From: a virus
Taxonomy: Duplodnaviria > Heunggongvirae > Uroviricota > Caudoviricetes
Direction: 5' to 3' (one strand)
IMG/VR virus record: IMGVR_UViG_3300015615_000629
Location: 432,711 to 496,710 of that record
DNA: 64,000 nt
Below, one piece after another: positions 61,899 to 64,000 of this stretch. Within the stretch, counting starts at the first letter, position 1. Each line of letters starts with the position of its first letter. A program made the translations under genes and the position numbers. Below the pieces are notes generated by a model, which worked only from the letters and a program-made list of their open reading frames with translations, made no database searches and was not told where the DNA came from.

Positions 61899-62657
61899 AT
61901 TGAAAGCACAAATGCTTTTATAATCACATCTGGAACAGTGTCGGCCAACATTACCTATTACTGTATCGGGGTTGGAACGCTCGATTTCCATATAGGCTTT
62001 TAAAAGAATCTGTTCTGCTTCTATGAGCGATTTTTCTGTGAATCTAACAGGAACAAGATTAGCTCCATCTAGGTAATACAAAGCACCCCTGATATCCGAT
62101 GGGTCTACATTAAATTCTTTTTGAATTACTCTCGCATAGCACCTAAGTTGCAAATCACCTACGATGGATATTTCATCTTTCCTCCAGGAGCCCTTCTTGG
62201 TGGTTTTATAGTCGATTAGGAAATACTTTCCATTCTTATTAATGATTCGGTCGATAAAACCTGTAACAAAACGGTTGTTGGGAGGGTCTAAATCATATGA
62301 GAACTTATATTCTACAATTCCTTCAAGTCCAACCTTTTCTGTCAGTAATTCCAACGCTTGAACATGTTCTGGGAGTTTTGCCTTGTAATCTTTGGGAATC
62401 GCAGGTACAAAGATATCCTGTCCTTCTGGAGTTTGTTCAATAGGGATACGTCCCAATAAAACATCAGCACACACCTCTTTTAATGGCTTTTTCGAAACAA
62501 CATAATGTTCAGCAATTTTGTGAACTATTTTCCCATAAGTGAAATAAAATGGGGTAGGTTCTGGAGACGGAACATTCAGGTGGTAGCGAAATTTATACTT
62601 TTGAGCACATTCGTCCCAGACCCCCTTGCGTGAAATAGAAATAGCATTTATATTCAT
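61887..62657 (-). CDS. PD-(D/E)xK nuclease, Cas4/RecB-like, with a C-terminal Cys cluster
   Basis: YFLIDYKTTKK (D-x-K). C-terminal CSRCDYKSIC plus an upstream Cys, a likely Fe-S cluster as in Cas4/AddB. Confidence 0.6.
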   Translation of the reverse strand: MNINAISISRKGVWDECAQKYKFRYHLNVPSPEPTPFYFTYGKIVHKIAEHYVVSKKPLKEVCADVLLGRIPIEQTPEGQDIFVPAIPKDYKAKLPEHVQALELLTEKVGLEGIVEYKFSYDLDPPNNRFVTGFIDRIINKNGKYFLIDYKTTKKGSWRKDEISIVGDLQLRCYARVIQKEFNVDPSDIRGALYYLDGANLVPVRFTEKSLIEAEQILLKAYMEIERSNPDTVIGNVGRHCSRCDYKSICAFNLAR

Positions 62658-62686
62658 TGCCTAGTTTATGTCCTTAAAATTAAGTT

Positions 62687-63694
62687 ATGTCAATATCATT
62701 TGATAAGTTTGTTTCTTGGGCCGAGTCAAGATTTGGCGACGTTATAATCCAAGATAATGAAGTAAAGTTAAACTCAATTTTCACGGAAGACTACAAACAT
62801 CATCTTTGGTGCAATCCTTCAGGAGGCATCAATGAACGAGAAAATGGAGTCTTTCATTGTTGGAAAACAGACAAAAATGGCACACTTACCACCTTAGTAA
62901 TGTTGGTAGACAAGTGTGGCTATGAAGAAGCCTTATCTAAATTGGGCGGCTCTGATTTTGAGTTGCAAAACATAGAAGAACAACTAGAAGAATTGTTCTA
63001 TAAACCAAAGCCAAGAGAAGCACTTAACGGGGTAGTGGTTAAGAACTTAGAGCTTCCTCCAAGCAGTTATTTAATATCGGATTTGAAGCCTGGAAACTAC
63101 CATCGGATGGCTGCTGAGACGTATCTTTCTCAAAGGCAAATTTCCATAAACAACCTGTATATCTGTACGGGAGGAGATTATAGAAATAGGATTGTTATTC
63201 CTTATTACGACAATCAGAAGAATTTGATTTATTTCAATGCAAGATATTTTGGTTCTAACAAGAACGTACCAAAATATTATGGGCCAAGTAAAACATCTGG
63301 AGTCGGAAAGGGCGATGTAGTTTACATGCCCGTATGGCCAGAAATTGGTTCAAGAATTAACTTCTGCGAGGGAGAATTTAACGCTTTGTCAATTGTGAGG
63401 GCTGGCCTCTTGGCTGGTGCCTTTGGTGGCAAGAATATGACCGACAAACAGGCCAACTTAATTGCAAAATACAAAATCACACTAGCCTTTGACAATGATA
63501 GTGCCGGCCGAGCAGCCACGTACAGAACAGCTAAACTATTGGAATCCAAAGGGGTTAGCGATATAAGATTTGTTCCGCCGCCGAACAGCGTTAATGACTG
63601 GAATGAATTTCTTGTTAAATATGGCCCTACAATTCTCAGAGAATACTTGAGAATCCAAGCAAAGCCGTTTGATGAAATCCAATTTAGTGTTTAA
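62687..63694 (+). CDS. DNA primase (CHC2 zinc finger plus Toprim), T4 gp61-like
   Basis: HHLWCNPSGGINERENGVFHCWKTDKNG is a CHC2 zinc finger. FCEGEFNALSI is the Toprim Glu and LAFDNDSAG the Toprim DxD. Confidence 0.7.
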   Translation: MSISFDKFVSWAESRFGDVIIQDNEVKLNSIFTEDYKHHLWCNPSGGINERENGVFHCWKTDKNGTLTTLVMLVDKCGYEEALSKLGGSDFELQNIEEQLEELFYKPKPREALNGVVVKNLELPPSSYLISDLKPGNYHRMAAETYLSQRQISINNLYICTGGDYRNRIVIPYYDNQKNLIYFNARYFGSNKNVPKYYGPSKTSGVGKGDVVYMPVWPEIGSRINFCEGEFNALSIVRAGLLAGAFGGKNMTDKQANLIAKYKITLAFDNDSAGRAATYRTAKLLESKGVSDIRFVPPPNSVNDWNEFLVKYGPTILREYLRIQAKPFDEIQFSV

Positions 63695-63710
63695 TTTACT
63701 CTGATAATTC

Positions 63711-64000
63711 ATGCTAGAATATTTTAAGAATAAGTTCTGTACGGTTTTCACAACACCCATAAACAGGAACTTTAAAGAAGAAAATCCTGGTACTTATCCA
63801 AAGCAGATATTTACCTATTTTGCAGGAATGGTAGAAGACGTATCTCCAGAAGGAATTATGTTAACCCAATTTAATACAGGGCTAAAGACATTTCTTTTTA
63901 AGAGCCATATTGTTGGGATTGCTGAAGAACAAATGTTGGATCCAGATGATCCTCAACATAAGGAAATTATAGAGAAATTCAAGCAGGAAAGTAATACAGC
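63711..64000 (+). CDS. Hypothetical protein (runs past the window end)
   Basis: ATG 63711, open to the end of the window. Confidence 0.3.
   Translation, partial: MLEYFKNKFCTVFTTPINRNFKEENPGTYPKQIFTYFAGMVEDVSPEGIMLTQFNTGLKTFLFKSHIVGIAEEQMLDPDDPQHKEIIEKFKQESNT

Noticed and set aside
1-64000. tRNA genes, rRNA and CRISPR arrays
   Set aside because: I looked for GTTCGAATC-type T-arm motifs, cloverleaf-sized gaps and regular short repeats in the intergenic regions. I found none. The only iterated motif is the 20-bp promoter-like repeat at 9427-9470.

Overview
This 64-kb window is AT-rich and densely packed with genes, and reads as a tailed-phage genome segment with T4-type morphogenesis. All calls below come from reading the motifs in the translated ORFs, with no database searches, so family names are motif-level assignments. 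From 36.4 to 49.7 kb the minus strand carries a gp23-like major capsid protein, a gp22-like scaffold, a gp21-like prohead protease, a large prohead-core protein, a gp20-like portal interrupted by a Hint-type mini-intein, and a gp17-like large terminase. A CHC2/Toprim primase and a Cas4-like nuclease sit at the right edge. The left ~30 kb is an unusually large glycan biosynthesis and modification island. It holds a CMP-nonulosonic-acid synthetase, a Maf/DUF115-like transferase, at least six GT2/GT4 glycosyltransferases, GDP-mannose 4,6-dehydratase, a truncated UDP-sugar dehydrogenase and a sulfotransferase. It also holds a CE4 deacetylase, LpxC-like and LpxH-like enzymes, a class-III aminotransferase and three SAM methyltransferases. 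Within this island are internally duplicated sub-modules and an ATPase-only duplicate of the terminase. Several selfish elements are scattered through the window: a LAGLIDADG endonuclease, a DUF262-HNH nuclease, a DUF559/Vsr-type homing endonuclease with zinc-ribbon repeats, an IS200/IS605 tnpB-only insertion and the portal intein. The 49.8–62 kb stretch encodes proteins unusual for a phage: an M28 peptidase, a ferritin-like protein and a CYTH-like domain with no canonical start. The same stretch also carries an MscL homolog, an SPFH lipoprotein, three membrane-anchored peptidases and a hyper-acidic 84-aa protein. There are two DNA methyltransferases (Dam-like and beta-class), and a 2H phosphoesterase that may be Acb1-like. 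I found no tRNA, rRNA or CRISPR array. The ORF track treats TTG/GTG as start codons, so several starts were moved to the first ATG that fits the protein motifs.
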